From Candidatus Bathyarchaeota archaeon (GTDB lineage Archaea; Thermoproteota; Bathyarchaeia; 40CM-2-53-6; RBG-13-38-9): a stretch of 64,000 nucleotides of DNA. Positions 38,751-49,312 of the stretch are shown piece after piece. Location of the stretch: assembly GCA_963807605.1 (NCBI GenBank), contig CAWECG010000003.1, forward strand, positions 768,001 through 832,000. Reading direction: 5' to 3'. The translations under genes were made by a program, and so were the position numbers. The first letter of the stretch is position 1. Each line of letters begins with the position of its first letter. The notes beneath the pieces are model-generated. The model was given only the letters and a program-made list of their open reading frames with translations, did not search any database and had not been told where the DNA came from.

Positions 38751-39233
38751 CTAGAACTCTATGCTTGCTTTCTTCAGCTCTTCAACACTGAAGAGTATTT
38801 CATAGCTCGCTACGCGTAGCTTCTCCATCAAAGTTGCTACTCGATCCTCGACAGTTCTTCGTGTAGGACCATGGATCATGAAGAATAGATTATAGTCCCA
38901 GATTCTTGGAACGGTCTTCCTCTCGTAGCAGTGAGTTACCCCCTTCATCTGTGATAGATATCTTCCGACATATGGAATTCTGCTCTTGAGAACCTTACAG
39001 ACCACCATCCCATTGGCTTGTAATCCAACTCCCGATGGTCTTATCGTGGCACCAAACCGTCGGATGATTCCATTCTTCTTAAGAGTCTTGATCCTTGAGA
39101 CGACCTCCTCCTGACTTAGCCCTAGATTCCTTGAGACAATGCTGTAAGGCTCGTCTTCAAGTTCTATTCCACCTTGTAGGCTTGACATTATTGCCACATC
39201 AAGATGGTCAGGAATGTGTCTCGAGTTTTTCAT
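38751..39233 (-). CDS. ahbB: siroheme decarboxylase beta subunit
   Basis: GIIRRFGA, ANGMVV, VTHCYER, WDYNLFFMIHG. Confidence 0.9.
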   Translation of the reverse strand: MKNSRHIPDHLDVAIMSSLQGGIELEDEPYSIVSRNLGLSQEEVVSRIKTLKKNGIIRRFGATIRPSGVGLQANGMVVCKVLKSRIPYVGRYLSQMKGVTHCYERKTVPRIWDYNLFFMIHGPTRRTVEDRVATLMEKLRVASYEILFSVEELKKASIEF

Positions 39234-40531
39234 TGCAACTTAAACCTCACATCGGTCTTGAATGTCCTGACGACGGGGAGGTTCAGAATATCTTCATCAC
39301 GAAGCCCTGTCTTTTTCTTGAGGAGGTCTACTGTCTCCGTGATCTCTTGAATGTCTTTGGCAGTTATTGTAAACCACAGATTGTACTTGTGCTCTCTCAG
39401 ATAATTATGTGAGACATTACTGAGTTTATTGACTATCTCCGCAATCTTTTCTATCTTCTCTTGAGGTGCTTTGACTCCGATTAGTGTTGAGGTTTTGAAT
39501 CCTATTCTCTTCAGGTCTGGGAACGGACCTATCTTCCTGATTACCTTTAGATCGAGTAATCTTTTTACTCTCGGTTTCAAGACTTCGGAGTCTATCCCCA
39601 GAGTCTCTGCAAGCGAGTTCCAAGGTCTCACCTCTAACGGGAAATCGTATTGGAGAAGTTGGAGTATCTTGCAATCCAGCTCATCAAGATCTTCGAGGTT
39701 TGACTGCTCACTATTTTTCTGGAAGTAGGATCCGATCTCTTTAGCTAGAGCCTCCACAGTGTATTCCGTCGGAACTATCTGTACCTCGAAGCCGAGCTTT
39801 TCCAAGGCTCTTCTTGTTGTGGATCCGATAGAGGCTATGACAGTTCTTCGTAATCTGTCCTTGATTTCATCTGAAAATGATGATCTTTCAGCGTTATCGA
39901 TTAGGCTCTTCACTGTAGAGGGGCTTGTGAAGGCGACTACGTCGATCTTACCAGCCACAAGATCCTCCATGAACCTCTTGATGAGGGATTTGTCAGACGC
40001 TTCTGTAACCTCGTAGGCCGCGGCTTCTATTACATTCGCTCCTAGATCCTGGAGCATTACACGCAGAGTGCCGTCGACACCTTGAGCCCTAGGGATTGCT
40101 ACTGTCTTACCTTTTAGATCTCTCTTCTCAAGTAACCTGACTATACCTCGGGAACTGTATTGATCTGGAATGGTCAGCCTCCTTATCCCAACCTCTTCAA
40201 GCTCGTGTCTTGTCTTCGGCCCTATCGCCACCACCATTATCTTCCCGAGAGCCTCTTTCAGGAAGTTCAAGAGGCCGATACGCTTTGCAGCCTGGAGAGT
40301 CTGTAGGACTCCATTCCGACTCATGAAGACTATCACATCGACCTTACCTGTGGCGGTGTCTCTGATCAGTCTGAGCAGGGCTTCAGGCTTCCCGGTAGGT
40401 CTGACCTCTATGAGAGGCACAAGATAGGGCATTCCGCCTAAGGACTCGATCGCGTCAGCAAAGTCCTTGGCTTGGTCCTGTGGCCTAACGACAGCCACTA
40501 CCTTACCCTTCAAGCTGGTAACTTGAGCCAT
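39230..40531 (-). CDS. fused uroporphyrinogen-III synthase (HemD) and siroheme decarboxylase alpha subunit (AhbA)
   Basis: HemD motifs FMSRNGV, AIGPKT, FTSPSTV, then LQYDFPL..RPW, STLIG, VSHNYLR, NLWFT. Confidence 0.88.
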   Translation of the reverse strand: MAQVTSLKGKVVAVVRPQDQAKDFADAIESLGGMPYLVPLIEVRPTGKPEALLRLIRDTATGKVDVIVFMSRNGVLQTLQAAKRIGLLNFLKEALGKIMVVAIGPKTRHELEEVGIRRLTIPDQYSSRGIVRLLEKRDLKGKTVAIPRAQGVDGTLRVMLQDLGANVIEAAAYEVTEASDKSLIKRFMEDLVAGKIDVVAFTSPSTVKSLIDNAERSSFSDEIKDRLRRTVIASIGSTTRRALEKLGFEVQIVPTEYTVEALAKEIGSYFQKNSEQSNLEDLDELDCKILQLLQYDFPLEVRPWNSLAETLGIDSEVLKPRVKRLLDLKVIRKIGPFPDLKRIGFKTSTLIGVKAPQEKIEKIAEIVNKLSNVSHNYLREHKYNLWFTITAKDIQEITETVDLLKKKTGLRDEDILNLPVVRTFKTDVRFKLQ

Positions 40532-41310
40532 GCCAGCTCCCTTCTGAGTTTTACAACTTCGCCGATGACGACCACTGCTGGAGGCTTCGCCTTGTCCTTC
40601 CGTGCTTTGGCTACTATATCACGTAATGTTCCTACGGTTACACGTTGACTTCGAGTCATTCCATTCTCGATTATTGCCACTGGAGTATCTTTCCTTCGGC
40701 CACCCCTAATTATATCGCCGATTATTGATGGTAACGATGAGACTCCCATCAAGATGACCAATGTGTCGACAGACTTCGCAAGCATCTCCCAATCAACAGG
40801 CATCCCTTCTTTTCCATGTCCTTCATGCCCAGTCACGATTGCAACGGATGATGAGTAGTCTCTATGTGTCAATGGTATGCCAGCATATGCTGGAACCGCG
40901 GATGCTGAGGATACACCGGGAACAAACTCGAATGGAATAGATGTTTTGTAAAGAGCTTGGGCTTCCTCACCACCTCGGCCGAAGATGAATGGGTCTCCGC
41001 CTTTCAACCTGACAACAGAGTTGCCCTTTGAAGCCTCACCTATCATGAGTCGGTTTATGCTCTCTTGAGGAAAGTGGTGCTTGCCGGAGGATTTTCCGAC
41101 AAAGATCTTCCTAGTTCTGGCTGGAATCGTCTTCAAGATCGATTTTGATACGAGCCGATCGTAGATGACGACGTCTGCCTTCTTGAGCAATTCAAGTCCT
41201 CTAAGTGTGAGAAGCCCTAAGTCGCCTGGACCTGCACCAACCAAGTATACCTTGCCAGCCTTTGGTCTAATGTGTCTTTGAAAACGAGCGGTCAAACTAT
41301 TACCAACCAT
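40510..41310 (-). CDS. cobA: uroporphyrinogen-III C-methyltransferase
   Basis: VYLVGAGPGD, RLKGGDPFIFGRGGEE, GIPLTHR. Confidence 0.95.
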   Translation of the reverse strand: MVGNSLTARFQRHIRPKAGKVYLVGAGPGDLGLLTLRGLELLKKADVVIYDRLVSKSILKTIPARTRKIFVGKSSGKHHFPQESINRLMIGEASKGNSVVRLKGGDPFIFGRGGEEAQALYKTSIPFEFVPGVSSASAVPAYAGIPLTHRDYSSSVAIVTGHEGHGKEGMPVDWEMLAKSVDTLVILMGVSSLPSIIGDIIRGGRRKDTPVAIIENGMTRSQRVTVGTLRDIVAKARKDKAKPPAVVVIGEVVKLRRELAWLKLPA

Positions 41311-41351
41311 CAGCTTTTAGGGAGGACTAACATTCAGGTTAAAACAATAAT

Positions 41352-42266
41352 TCAGGAATTCTTCCAAGATTCAATTATCTCGATGGCGCCCATTCTTAGT
41401 AGTCGTTGGGCTGCAACCCTTCCTGTTTTCTCAGGAGACTCTAGGTCGCCTTCCTCGTTGACATTTATGCGCTTGGTGCCTTCAGGCGAGATTACGGATC
41501 CCATGAGTCTGATGGTTCCACCTTTAGCCTCTGCAAATGCCCCTAACGGGATCTTGCAACCGCCGCCAACCTCGTTCATGAAGGCTCGTTCTGTTGTTGC
41601 TTCAACCCAAGAGTTAGGGTCGTTCGCATACCTTAGGATCTTCAGAAGATCTTCTCTATCATGCCGCGCCACAACAGCTAGGAAGCCTTGACCTGGAGCA
41701 GGCGTAAAGTCTTGAACTGGAAGTCGCTCGACTATTCTGCTTTGCATCCCCAAGCGTATAACGCCTGCCTCTGCCAAGACTACTGCGTCGTAATTGCCTG
41801 CGTCGAGTTTACGTATTCTTGTATCAACGTTTCCACGTATTGGCAAAATGCTCAAATCGGGCCTAGCCCTGAGCAGTTCCGCCTTCCTTCTCGGGCTGCT
41901 TGTTCCTACAGATGCACCTCGAGGTAGTTCTCCCAGTCTTGAAGATATTCGTGAGATGAAGACGTCATTCGCAGGTGCACGTGCTGGAACGGCTGCGATC
42001 GTCAGTCCTTTAGGTTGCTCTGCGGGAATATCCTTCATGCTGTGCACAGAAAAGTCCACTTCACCGCTGATTATCGCCTCGTCTATCTCCTTCTCGAAGA
42101 CGCCCTTTCCAGCAATCTCCTGAAGGGGTGCAGATTCCAGCTTATCACCAGTCGTCTGAATTATTTTGGTCTCCACCTCAATCAAGGGCTCATGTTTTTT
42201 GATAGCCTGAATAATCGAGGCCGTTTGAATAAGGGAGAGCTTGCTCCCTCGTGTCCCAACAATCAA
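41352..42266 (-). CDS. hemC: hydroxymethylbilane synthase
   Basis: GTRGSKL, VHSMKD, GTSSPRR, RGNVDTR, GGGC. Confidence 0.95.
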   Translation of the reverse strand: MIVGTRGSKLSLIQTASIIQAIKKHEPLIEVETKIIQTTGDKLESAPLQEIAGKGVFEKEIDEAIISGEVDFSVHSMKDIPAEQPKGLTIAAVPARAPANDVFISRISSRLGELPRGASVGTSSPRRKAELLRARPDLSILPIRGNVDTRIRKLDAGNYDAVVLAEAGVIRLGMQSRIVERLPVQDFTPAPGQGFLAVVARHDREDLLKILRYANDPNSWVEATTERAFMNEVGGGCKIPLGAFAEAKGGTIRLMGSVISPEGTKRINVNEEGDLESPEKTGRVAAQRLLRMGAIEIIESWKNS

Positions 42267-42284
42267 TCTCAGTTCTTCTCAACC

Positions 42285-43568
42285 TCAGAGTTCCTTGAGG
42301 ACGGAGTCCACGGATTCTACAGTATTCTGTAAATCCTCCTCACTGTGAGAGGCTGAGACAAAACAGGTCTCAAATTGAGAGGGTGGAAAGAATACTCCTC
42401 TCTTCATCAACGCTCGATGAAACTTGTTGAATGTTGATCTGTCAGAAGACAGGGCTGTCTCAGAATCTATCACAGGTTTACGGGTAAAGAAGATCGTGAA
42501 CATTGACGCTATACTATTGACGTGTACCTCAATCTTGGTGCCTGCAAATAGTTCCATAATATTCGCGGTCAGCCCTGCTGTGATCTTTTGAAGATTCCTG
42601 TACAGTCTTGAACGTTCCTTCTCTAGTTCAGTCAGGGTTGCTATGGCTGCGGCCACCGATACTGGATTACCGCTGAAGGTACCGGCCGCATAGACTCCCC
42701 CCATGGGTGAGAAAGCCTCCATAATTTTCCGTTTGCCGACAATAGCCGATATTGGAAATCCTCCGCCCATAACCTTACCAAACGTCGCAAGATCCGGCTT
42801 GACTCCATAATATTCTTGGGCTCCCCCCAACCCGATTCTGAATCCAGTTATGACCTCGTCAAAGATCAGGAGGGCACTGGTTCTGTCCGCTTCCTTCCTG
42901 AGTTCCTGCAAGTAGCCTTTGGAGGGAAGGATTACTCCCATATTCCCAATTATGGGTTCAACAATAATTGCGGCAATAGCATGCCCCTCCTTCTCAAAGG
43001 CTTGATGTAATGCTTGGACGTTATTGTAGGGTAAGACCAAGGTGTTCTTAGCGGTCTCTTCAGGTACCCCGAGTGATGTTGGGACACCGAATGATGCGGC
43101 TCCTGATCCTGCCTTGACAAGTACACTATCATGTGCTCCGTGGTAGCAACCGTCAAACTTGACCAGTTTCCGCCTGCCAGTGTAACCCCTTGCAAGCCTT
43201 ATTGCATGCATAGTAGCCTCTGCACCACTATTCGATAGCCTCACCATCTCCGCACATGGTACGTAGTCGGTGAGAAGTTCAGCCAGTCGGACCTCTGCCT
43301 CTGTCGGCGTTCCAAAGACTGTTCCTGAGTCGAGTTGACCTTTGACCACCTCCAAGATTGGCGGATGGTTGTGTCCAAAGAGTATGGCTCCGTAGCCCAT
43401 GCAGTAGTCAATATACTTGTTCCCGTCGACGTCATAGAGCTTTGAGCCTCTAGCCTTCTTGGTGAAGAATGGGTAAGGGTCGAACATCCTTACTGGGCTG
43501 TTAACGCCCCCAGGCATCAGGGATGATGCCCTCTCAAAGAGTCCTGCTGATTTCAGGCTTGGAGCCAT
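42285..43568 (-). CDS. hemL: glutamate-1-semialdehyde 2,1-aminomutase
   Basis: PGGVNSPVR, GCYHG, FDEVITGFR, GKVMGGG, PSQFE. Confidence 0.96.
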   Translation of the reverse strand: MAPSLKSAGLFERASSLMPGGVNSPVRMFDPYPFFTKKARGSKLYDVDGNKYIDYCMGYGAILFGHNHPPILEVVKGQLDSGTVFGTPTEAEVRLAELLTDYVPCAEMVRLSNSGAEATMHAIRLARGYTGRRKLVKFDGCYHGAHDSVLVKAGSGAASFGVPTSLGVPEETAKNTLVLPYNNVQALHQAFEKEGHAIAAIIVEPIIGNMGVILPSKGYLQELRKEADRTSALLIFDEVITGFRIGLGGAQEYYGVKPDLATFGKVMGGGFPISAIVGKRKIMEAFSPMGGVYAAGTFSGNPVSVAAAIATLTELEKERSRLYRNLQKITAGLTANIMELFAGTKIEVHVNSIASMFTIFFTRKPVIDSETALSSDRSTFNKFHRALMKRGVFFPPSQFETCFVSASHSEEDLQNTVESVDSVLKEL

Positions 43569-44536
43569 TCGGCTACCTCCTTGGCGAAGTACGTCAGGAT
43601 GATGTCTGCTCCTGCACGCTTTATCGCAGTGAGCACCTCAAGGACCGCGGCCTTCTCATCAATCCAACCAATATCTCCAGCAGCCTTGATCATTGAATAT
43701 TCTCCGCTCACATTATAGGCGGCTGTAGGCATCTTGAAAGTCGTCTTAACCTTATGTATCAGGTCAAGGTAGGCTAGCGCTGGTTTGACCATTACAATAT
43801 CCGCACCCTCTTTGATGTCCAGCTCCACCTCACGCAGAGCTTCATCAGGGTTCGAATAGTCCAGCTGGTAACTTCTTCGATCTCCAAATGTAGGTTTGGA
43901 GTCTGCTGCGTCACGGAAAGGACCGTAGAAGCATGATGCGTGCTTCGCGGAATATGCCATTATTGCACCATTGAAGTGTCCTGAGTCGTCGAGTCCTTTC
44001 CTGATGGCTTGAACTTGTCCGTCCATCATGGCTGAGGGGGCAATGATATCGGCTCCAGCTTCGACGTGACTTATGGCTGTCTGGGTAAGCAACTTGAGTG
44101 TCTGATCATTAAGTATTTCGCCGCCTTCTATGATCCCACAGTGTCCATGGTCTGTATACTGACAAAGACACACATCCGTCATGACAACGACTTGATCTCC
44201 GTACGCGGACTTGATCTTCCTGACGGCTTCTTGCACCACGCCATCACTCTGGTAAGCAGCCGATCCGGTAGCATCCTTCTTCTTCGGAATGCCAAAAATC
44301 ATGACTGATGAAATGTCCCATGCGACTAGATTACCCACTTCCTTGACTGCAGCTTCCATGGGTAGTCGGTACTGCCCAGGCATCGAGTCTATGGGTTCTG
44401 ATCTCGATATTCCCTCTTTGATGAACATTGGGTAAACCATATCATTTGCCGTCAGTTCAGTCTCTCTTACTAGATCTCTGATCTTCTTCGTTCTTCTCAA
44501 TCGTCGCATACGCCGATATGGAAATGACATACTCAA
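43553..44536 (-). CDS. hemB: porphobilinogen synthase
   Basis: DVCLCQYTDHGHCG, FYGPFRDA, MVKPA, AYNVSGEY. Confidence 0.96.
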   Translation of the reverse strand: MSMSFPYRRMRRLRRTKKIRDLVRETELTANDMVYPMFIKEGISRSEPIDSMPGQYRLPMEAAVKEVGNLVAWDISSVMIFGIPKKKDATGSAAYQSDGVVQEAVRKIKSAYGDQVVVMTDVCLCQYTDHGHCGIIEGGEILNDQTLKLLTQTAISHVEAGADIIAPSAMMDGQVQAIRKGLDDSGHFNGAIMAYSAKHASCFYGPFRDAADSKPTFGDRRSYQLDYSNPDEALREVELDIKEGADIVMVKPALAYLDLIHKVKTTFKMPTAAYNVSGEYSMIKAAGDIGWIDEKAAVLEVLTAIKRAGADIILTYFAKEVAEWLQA

Positions 44537-45855
44537 TCTTCGCCTCCCTCACTCTTCGAGTTAAAGAGTGTCCATGCAGCCTTATAGAGCTCAACATCTC
44601 CATTCTCAGCAGATCTTCTCAGGTTTGTCACAGGATTGTGCAGAATCTTGTCAACAATTACCCTTGTCAACTTCTCAATGACTGCCTGTTGATCCCCATC
44701 GATCTCCCTAAGATATTTGCAGGCCTTTCTGAATTCGCGTTGCCTAATATCCTCGGCCATACCGCAGATCTCAGATATGAAGGGATCAAATCTCCTGCGC
44801 CTGATAACCATCTCCAGACTTTCAAGCTCTTCTTCAACGAGGCACTCAGCATTCTCAATCTCTCTGAGCCTTGCCTTCAAATTCTCTGTCGCTATATCTT
44901 TGAGAACATCTATGTCGAGTAACCTTACATCCTTGATCAAGGAGACCTCAGGTTCGACATTCCTAGGCTGCGACAGATCGAAGATGAGCAATTTACTCCT
45001 CTTCCTTCTTTCCATGGCGCGAGAAACCTGTTCCTCCTTCAAGGTCATATGCGGAGCAGATGTTGCAACGAAGACCACGTCGACCCTAGGAAGAATTGTG
45101 TCTATCTTATCATAGCGAACGGCTTTACCTCCTAAGAGCTTGGCGAGTCTTTCAGCTCGACCAAAAGTCCTGTTAGCGACGTATATTGCTGAGTGCCTTC
45201 TCGCCGCTAAGGCTTTGCCCACGAGCGTTCCTGTCCCTCCAGCACCAATAATCATAACCTCTTTTCCCTCTAGGCCAGCAAGGATCCTCTCCGTCATCTT
45301 CACCGCTGCAGACCCTAGCGAGACCGCTCCTTTGTTTATGTCAGTCTCGGCCCTGATTCTTCCTCCGGCTCTGATGGCCTTGGTAAATATTAGATCAAGA
45401 AAGGGACCTATAGTTCCCCAGATCTTGGAGTCCTTAAAGCTCTCTCGGATCTGACCTAGGATCTGATCTTCGCCAACCAGCATTGACTCTAAGCCTGCTG
45501 ACAGTCGGAGAAGATGTTCCAGAGCTTCACGGTCGAACGACTCTTCGACGTGACCTCGAAAATCCCTTCTCGACACTCTGGACTCATTGAGCCAGTACTC
45601 AGCCGTAGCCTTCATCATATTTTTAGGGTTCTTGTCTATGACTGCGAAAAACTCGGTCCGATTGCATGTCTGCAGCAGTAAACATTCACGGATACCTGCT
45701 CCCTTCGTGACATCGAGTGTTGTTCTCCGCGGGTTCTTGAAAGTCAATGCATCAAGTAAGGCCACGGGGGTTTTCTTGTAGGTGAAGCGCAGATTGACTA
45801 GCCTCTGCTTCAATCCGAGGTCTTCTTCAGAATCTCTCAATGATCTCTCTTGCAA
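44533..45855 (-). CDS. hemA: glutamyl-tRNA reductase
   Basis: TCNRTE, GLESMLVGEDQILGQ, GAGGTG, DLSQPRNV. Confidence 0.95.
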   Translation of the reverse strand: MQERSLRDSEEDLGLKQRLVNLRFTYKKTPVALLDALTFKNPRRTTLDVTKGAGIRECLLLQTCNRTEFFAVIDKNPKNMMKATAEYWLNESRVSRRDFRGHVEESFDREALEHLLRLSAGLESMLVGEDQILGQIRESFKDSKIWGTIGPFLDLIFTKAIRAGGRIRAETDINKGAVSLGSAAVKMTERILAGLEGKEVMIIGAGGTGTLVGKALAARRHSAIYVANRTFGRAERLAKLLGGKAVRYDKIDTILPRVDVVFVATSAPHMTLKEEQVSRAMERRKRSKLLIFDLSQPRNVEPEVSLIKDVRLLDIDVLKDIATENLKARLREIENAECLVEEELESLEMVIRRRRFDPFISEICGMAEDIRQREFRKACKYLREIDGDQQAVIEKLTRVIVDKILHNPVTNLRRSAENGDVELYKAAWTLFNSKSEGGED

Positions 45856-46468
45856 TCTTCTTAGCCTCCTCTAGTCTGCCACTTCGCAAAAGCGTGACTA
45901 GTCTCTTGTTTCTGATCATATCGTACAAGATCTTCTTTCTAGTTGCACTGCTTGTGCCACCAGATCTAAGAGTGTTTCTCACACAGTCTTGGAGTTCGAC
46001 TTGGAGAATATCTTCATTGGTGATCGATTTTTCAAGTCTCTTTCTGAGGACGCTTGCCATTGCAGGACTCCTTCCACCAGTTGAGACTGCGATCTTCAAG
46101 TTTCCAAAGTCCGTCGTTGCAGGGAAATAGAAGTCGCATAGATCGGGGTTATCAACTACGCATATCGGGATCTTGGCTTGCCTGGCCCGTTCTGCCAGTC
46201 GACGATTCATCTCGTCGTCGTCGGTGGCCGCGATTGCAAGGTCAGAATCGGAGAGTAGTTGAATAACTTGGGAAGAGGCTCTCTTTCCTAGCTTCTTTAA
46301 GTAGACTCTGCCTGTTTTGCCGAGACTCGTCAATCGTTGAGTGAATCCTTTACTTGCGATGGTGATTTTGGCGTCTTCTCGCAGAAGTGCCAAGACCTTG
46401 CGCTCGCCAACCTCACCTCCACCTACGACGAGCACCCTTCTTCCGGAGAGCTTCATATCGATGAGCAT
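45827..46468 (-). CDS. precorrin-2 dehydrogenase / sirohydrochlorin ferrochelatase (SirC/Met8-like)
   Basis: VVGGGEVGERK, VVDNP..CDFYFPA, STGGRSP. Confidence 0.92.
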   Translation of the reverse strand: MLIDMKLSGRRVLVVGGGEVGERKVLALLREDAKITIASKGFTQRLTSLGKTGRVYLKKLGKRASSQVIQLLSDSDLAIAATDDDEMNRRLAERARQAKIPICVVDNPDLCDFYFPATTDFGNLKIAVSTGGRSPAMASVLRKRLEKSITNEDILQVELQDCVRNTLRSGGTSSATRKKILYDMIRNKRLVTLLRSGRLEEAKKIAREIIERF

Positions 46469-46583
46469 CGCTATCGACCTAGAGGCACTGTGTGATGGAC
46501 CTTCAGACTTACATATAATGATTTACGGAAAGATAATAAAGTAGTTATCTTTTTTACGATATCCGTAAAAGTCTAGAGATGAA

Positions 46584-47123
46584 TTATAACTTCAATGTCG
46601 GCTCAACCCTGAGAAGACGGGTTATCACCGAATACGACGCGCTTCTGACATTTGGAAATGACTTGATCCTATTAATCAACTGACCAAGATGGTTCAAGTC
46701 ACGAGCATGTACTATGGCCACTATATCATATTCCCCTGTAATCTGGAAGACATGCTGTGATTCGTGAAGTGACACAAGCCGATGGAATACATAGTCAAGA
46801 GATGTTGCATCAACTTTTAGCATCACTACTGCTGTTACCTGTAGTCCTATTTTTCTAGGATCGACAAGAGCTAGAAAGCGGGTTATAACGCCCTCTCGCA
46901 ACAACTTTTTCATTCGGAATCTGACAGCCCCCTCCGAAAGCTTAAGCTCGCTGGCAATCCTCACGTAGGGCTTCCTAGCGTCCTCCTGGACGATCCTAAG
47001 AATCTCTCTATCAGTATCATCCAATTTAGTGGCCAAGATTGCTCCTGCTAACCGTATTGAGATTTGGTGAATTCCAAAGAAAAAGGCTTCGGCTCGTATA
47101 GGAAAACTCAGAATGCCAACCAA
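46584..47123 (-). CDS. Lrp/AsnC family regulator
   Basis: LDDTDREIL..QEDAR, LSEGAVRFR, ITGEYD; true start probably downstream of the ORF-track start. Confidence 0.88.
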   Translation of the reverse strand: MVGILSFPIRAEAFFFGIHQISIRLAGAILATKLDDTDREILRIVQEDARKPYVRIASELKLSEGAVRFRMKKLLREGVITRFLALVDPRKIGLQVTAVVMLKVDATSLDYVFHRLVSLHESQHVFQITGEYDIVAIVHARDLNHLGQLINRIKSFPNVRSASYSVITRLLRVEPTLKL

Positions 47124-47184
47124 ACAATATTTAAGATTGAATCTCGTGAGATGAATCTACCTTTCCGAACCATCGTGGAATGCA

Positions 47185-48147
47185 ATGAACGATAATTCAT
47201 TTACACTCGAACCTGTGAAGGCCCGAGAAATCGCTGGGGTTCTTTACCGCGAATACAAGAAAGGCGAAGGCCCCTTTGAAAATTCTGGGAGACTCAGTTA
47301 TGAGTTGCCACAAGGAATGATCGAGGGATCGAAGGTTCATTCTCTATACCTGACCTACATCTTTACGTTAGATCAAAGCACAAGATCTGAAGAACTCTGG
47401 AGCCAAGCCAGACAGTTCTATCAAGAAACACCGTGGTTCTTTGACGCCGAACAAATTCTGACCAGAAGCGATGAGGGTCTCTCCAAGGCACTAACTATAC
47501 TCGGGATCTCTGACACAAGCACATCGGTCAAAAGATGGAAGGCGATCTCAAAGATCCTTCTTGAAGATTACTCAGGCGACCCGAGAAGAATCGCTGACAA
47601 GACACGTGATCCAGTTGTGGTGCGAAAGAGAATCGGAGAAATTCTGGGAACCAAGGAAAATGGACGAATACGCAGATACCAGCAACTGATGACAGCATCT
47701 AGACTGCTGAAAGTCACTAAACCGGAGAGCCTCGGAGTCTTTACTGATGAGTACATTGCTGTGTTTACCCTGTGTACGGGAGTTTTGAGATTTGAAGGTG
47801 AACTGTTCGAGGGGTCTCTTGATGCGGATCCGATTCTGTCGCTCACAAGAAAGGCTTGGAACGAAGCCACTATGGATATGGGTGTCCCAGCTCTGGAGTT
47901 AGAGGATGCTATCAGCGTAGTAAGCAGAAGCCTGTGTCCTGAAAGGAAGTGTATTATATGCCCAATCTATCAGAAATGTGAAAAAAGATTCCGACTGGAA
48001 ATAAGTGGAAAGAAGATCCGCTTGAGCGCCACAAGTGTTGGGGTAGCTAACCAGATGCAATTCTGCTCAAGCTGTGGTAGAGAATTAATGAGAAATTCAA
48101 GATTCTGTGACGGCTGTGGAATTGTCCTTCGGAGAAAGTCGGAATGA
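47185..48147 (+). CDS. HhH-GPD/endonuclease III-like fold protein with Cys cluster and zinc ribbon
   Basis: EDYSGDPR, C....C..CP....C cluster, terminal CSSC/CDGC. Confidence 0.55.
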   Translation: MNDNSFTLEPVKAREIAGVLYREYKKGEGPFENSGRLSYELPQGMIEGSKVHSLYLTYIFTLDQSTRSEELWSQARQFYQETPWFFDAEQILTRSDEGLSKALTILGISDTSTSVKRWKAISKILLEDYSGDPRRIADKTRDPVVVRKRIGEILGTKENGRIRRYQQLMTASRLLKVTKPESLGVFTDEYIAVFTLCTGVLRFEGELFEGSLDADPILSLTRKAWNEATMDMGVPALELEDAISVVSRSLCPERKCIICPIYQKCEKRFRLEISGKKIRLSATSVGVANQMQFCSSCGRELMRNSRFCDGCGIVLRRKSE

Positions 48148-48185
48148 AGCTGGGAGAGCAACATTTTCAGAACGCTGTTGTGAGG

Positions 48186-48911
48186 TTAATATCCCGAGTA
48201 GAGCCTATCAGCTAGGAATTTTGGCACAGGTTTCTGCAAGATCTTGTTCGCCGCAGAGTCTATATCGTAATCGACTCTCCTTACTTCAAACTTGACACTA
48301 CGCTCCTCAATTTCTAGCAGAGCGTAGCTGGCCCGAGGATCTCCATCCCTAGGTTGACCTACGCTCCCGGGATTTAGCAGGTGGCCAGAGCCAATTTTGG
48401 CTTTCATTGGGGCGTGTGTATGCCCCACCAATAAGACATCGGCCTTCGCGAGTTCAATCATACTTCTTAAGATGAACTCTGGTGTTCCCTTGAAGATGTA
48501 CTCGTTGAGGGGATCCCTTGGACTCCCGTGATAAGCCTTCACACTTAGCCCACCATCCTCAAAGTTTGCGTGATTTGGCAGATTTGCCAAGTAATTTAGG
48601 TTATCTGACTTGAGCTCACTTCTAGTCCATTCCACTGCAAGTGCAGCGTGAGGTGCAAAACCAGATGTGTATCCAGTTGCAACTGCAAAATCGTGATTCC
48701 CCGCAATCAGTAGTTGAGGTCTGAGGTAACGTATCCGCTCAATAACTTCATTGGGTTGAGCACCATAACCGACAAGGTCTCCCAGACAAAATAGCGCATC
48801 AAAACTCGTGAGGTTCGAAAGAACCGACTCTAGCGCGTCAAGGTTGGAGTGAATGTCGGATAGAACAGCAATCCTCAATCTCCTTACCTCTAAAGATGAA
48901 AATAGAGGCAT
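48186..48911 (-). CDS. metallophosphoesterase (YfcE-like)
   Basis: SDIHSN, GDLVGYG, GNHD, HGSP, GHTH, NPGSVGQPRD. Confidence 0.92.
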   Translation of the reverse strand: MPLFSSLEVRRLRIAVLSDIHSNLDALESVLSNLTSFDALFCLGDLVGYGAQPNEVIERIRYLRPQLLIAGNHDFAVATGYTSGFAPHAALAVEWTRSELKSDNLNYLANLPNHANFEDGGLSVKAYHGSPRDPLNEYIFKGTPEFILRSMIELAKADVLLVGHTHAPMKAKIGSGHLLNPGSVGQPRDGDPRASYALLEIEERSVKFEVRRVDYDIDSAANKILQKPVPKFLADRLYSGY

Positions 48912-48959
48912 CTCTTAAATCTGAACTGGCAGAGAGTAACAGAACTGGAGCAAGTACTT

Positions 48960-49295
48960 TTGAGTTCTCTTGAAGGATCCCGTGAGCACAGTGGAGTTGT
49001 TTTCCACCTAAAACTCCTAGTCTTGGAGAATGCTGTGGTCGCATTCTTCTACGAAGGAGAGATGAAACTTGGAACGCTTTCATTCTCAATGCCTCTTGGT
49101 GGTGAGGAACATGCGGGCAAATCCTCAGTGCTATTGGGAGGGAAGTATTTGATTGCCTCAAGAGCCCTCTCAGAGAGACTCGCGGCACGTTACAAGAGGA
49201 TGAGCTTGGTCTCTTTCCATTCCAGCTTTCCTGAAAACGAAGCCTTTCGCATCTACCTACAGATCCTCGAGGAGAAACTCCACTCCTATACATAA
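48960..49295 (+). CDS. hypothetical protein
   Basis: 111-aa ORF filling the gap between two minus-strand genes. Confidence 0.6.
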   Translation: MSSLEGSREHSGVVFHLKLLVLENAVVAFFYEGEMKLGTLSFSMPLGGEEHAGKSSVLLGGKYLIASRALSERLAARYKRMSLVSFHSSFPENEAFRIYLQILEEKLHSYT

Positions 49296-49312
49296 CGCGT
49301 GCTAGTGAACGA

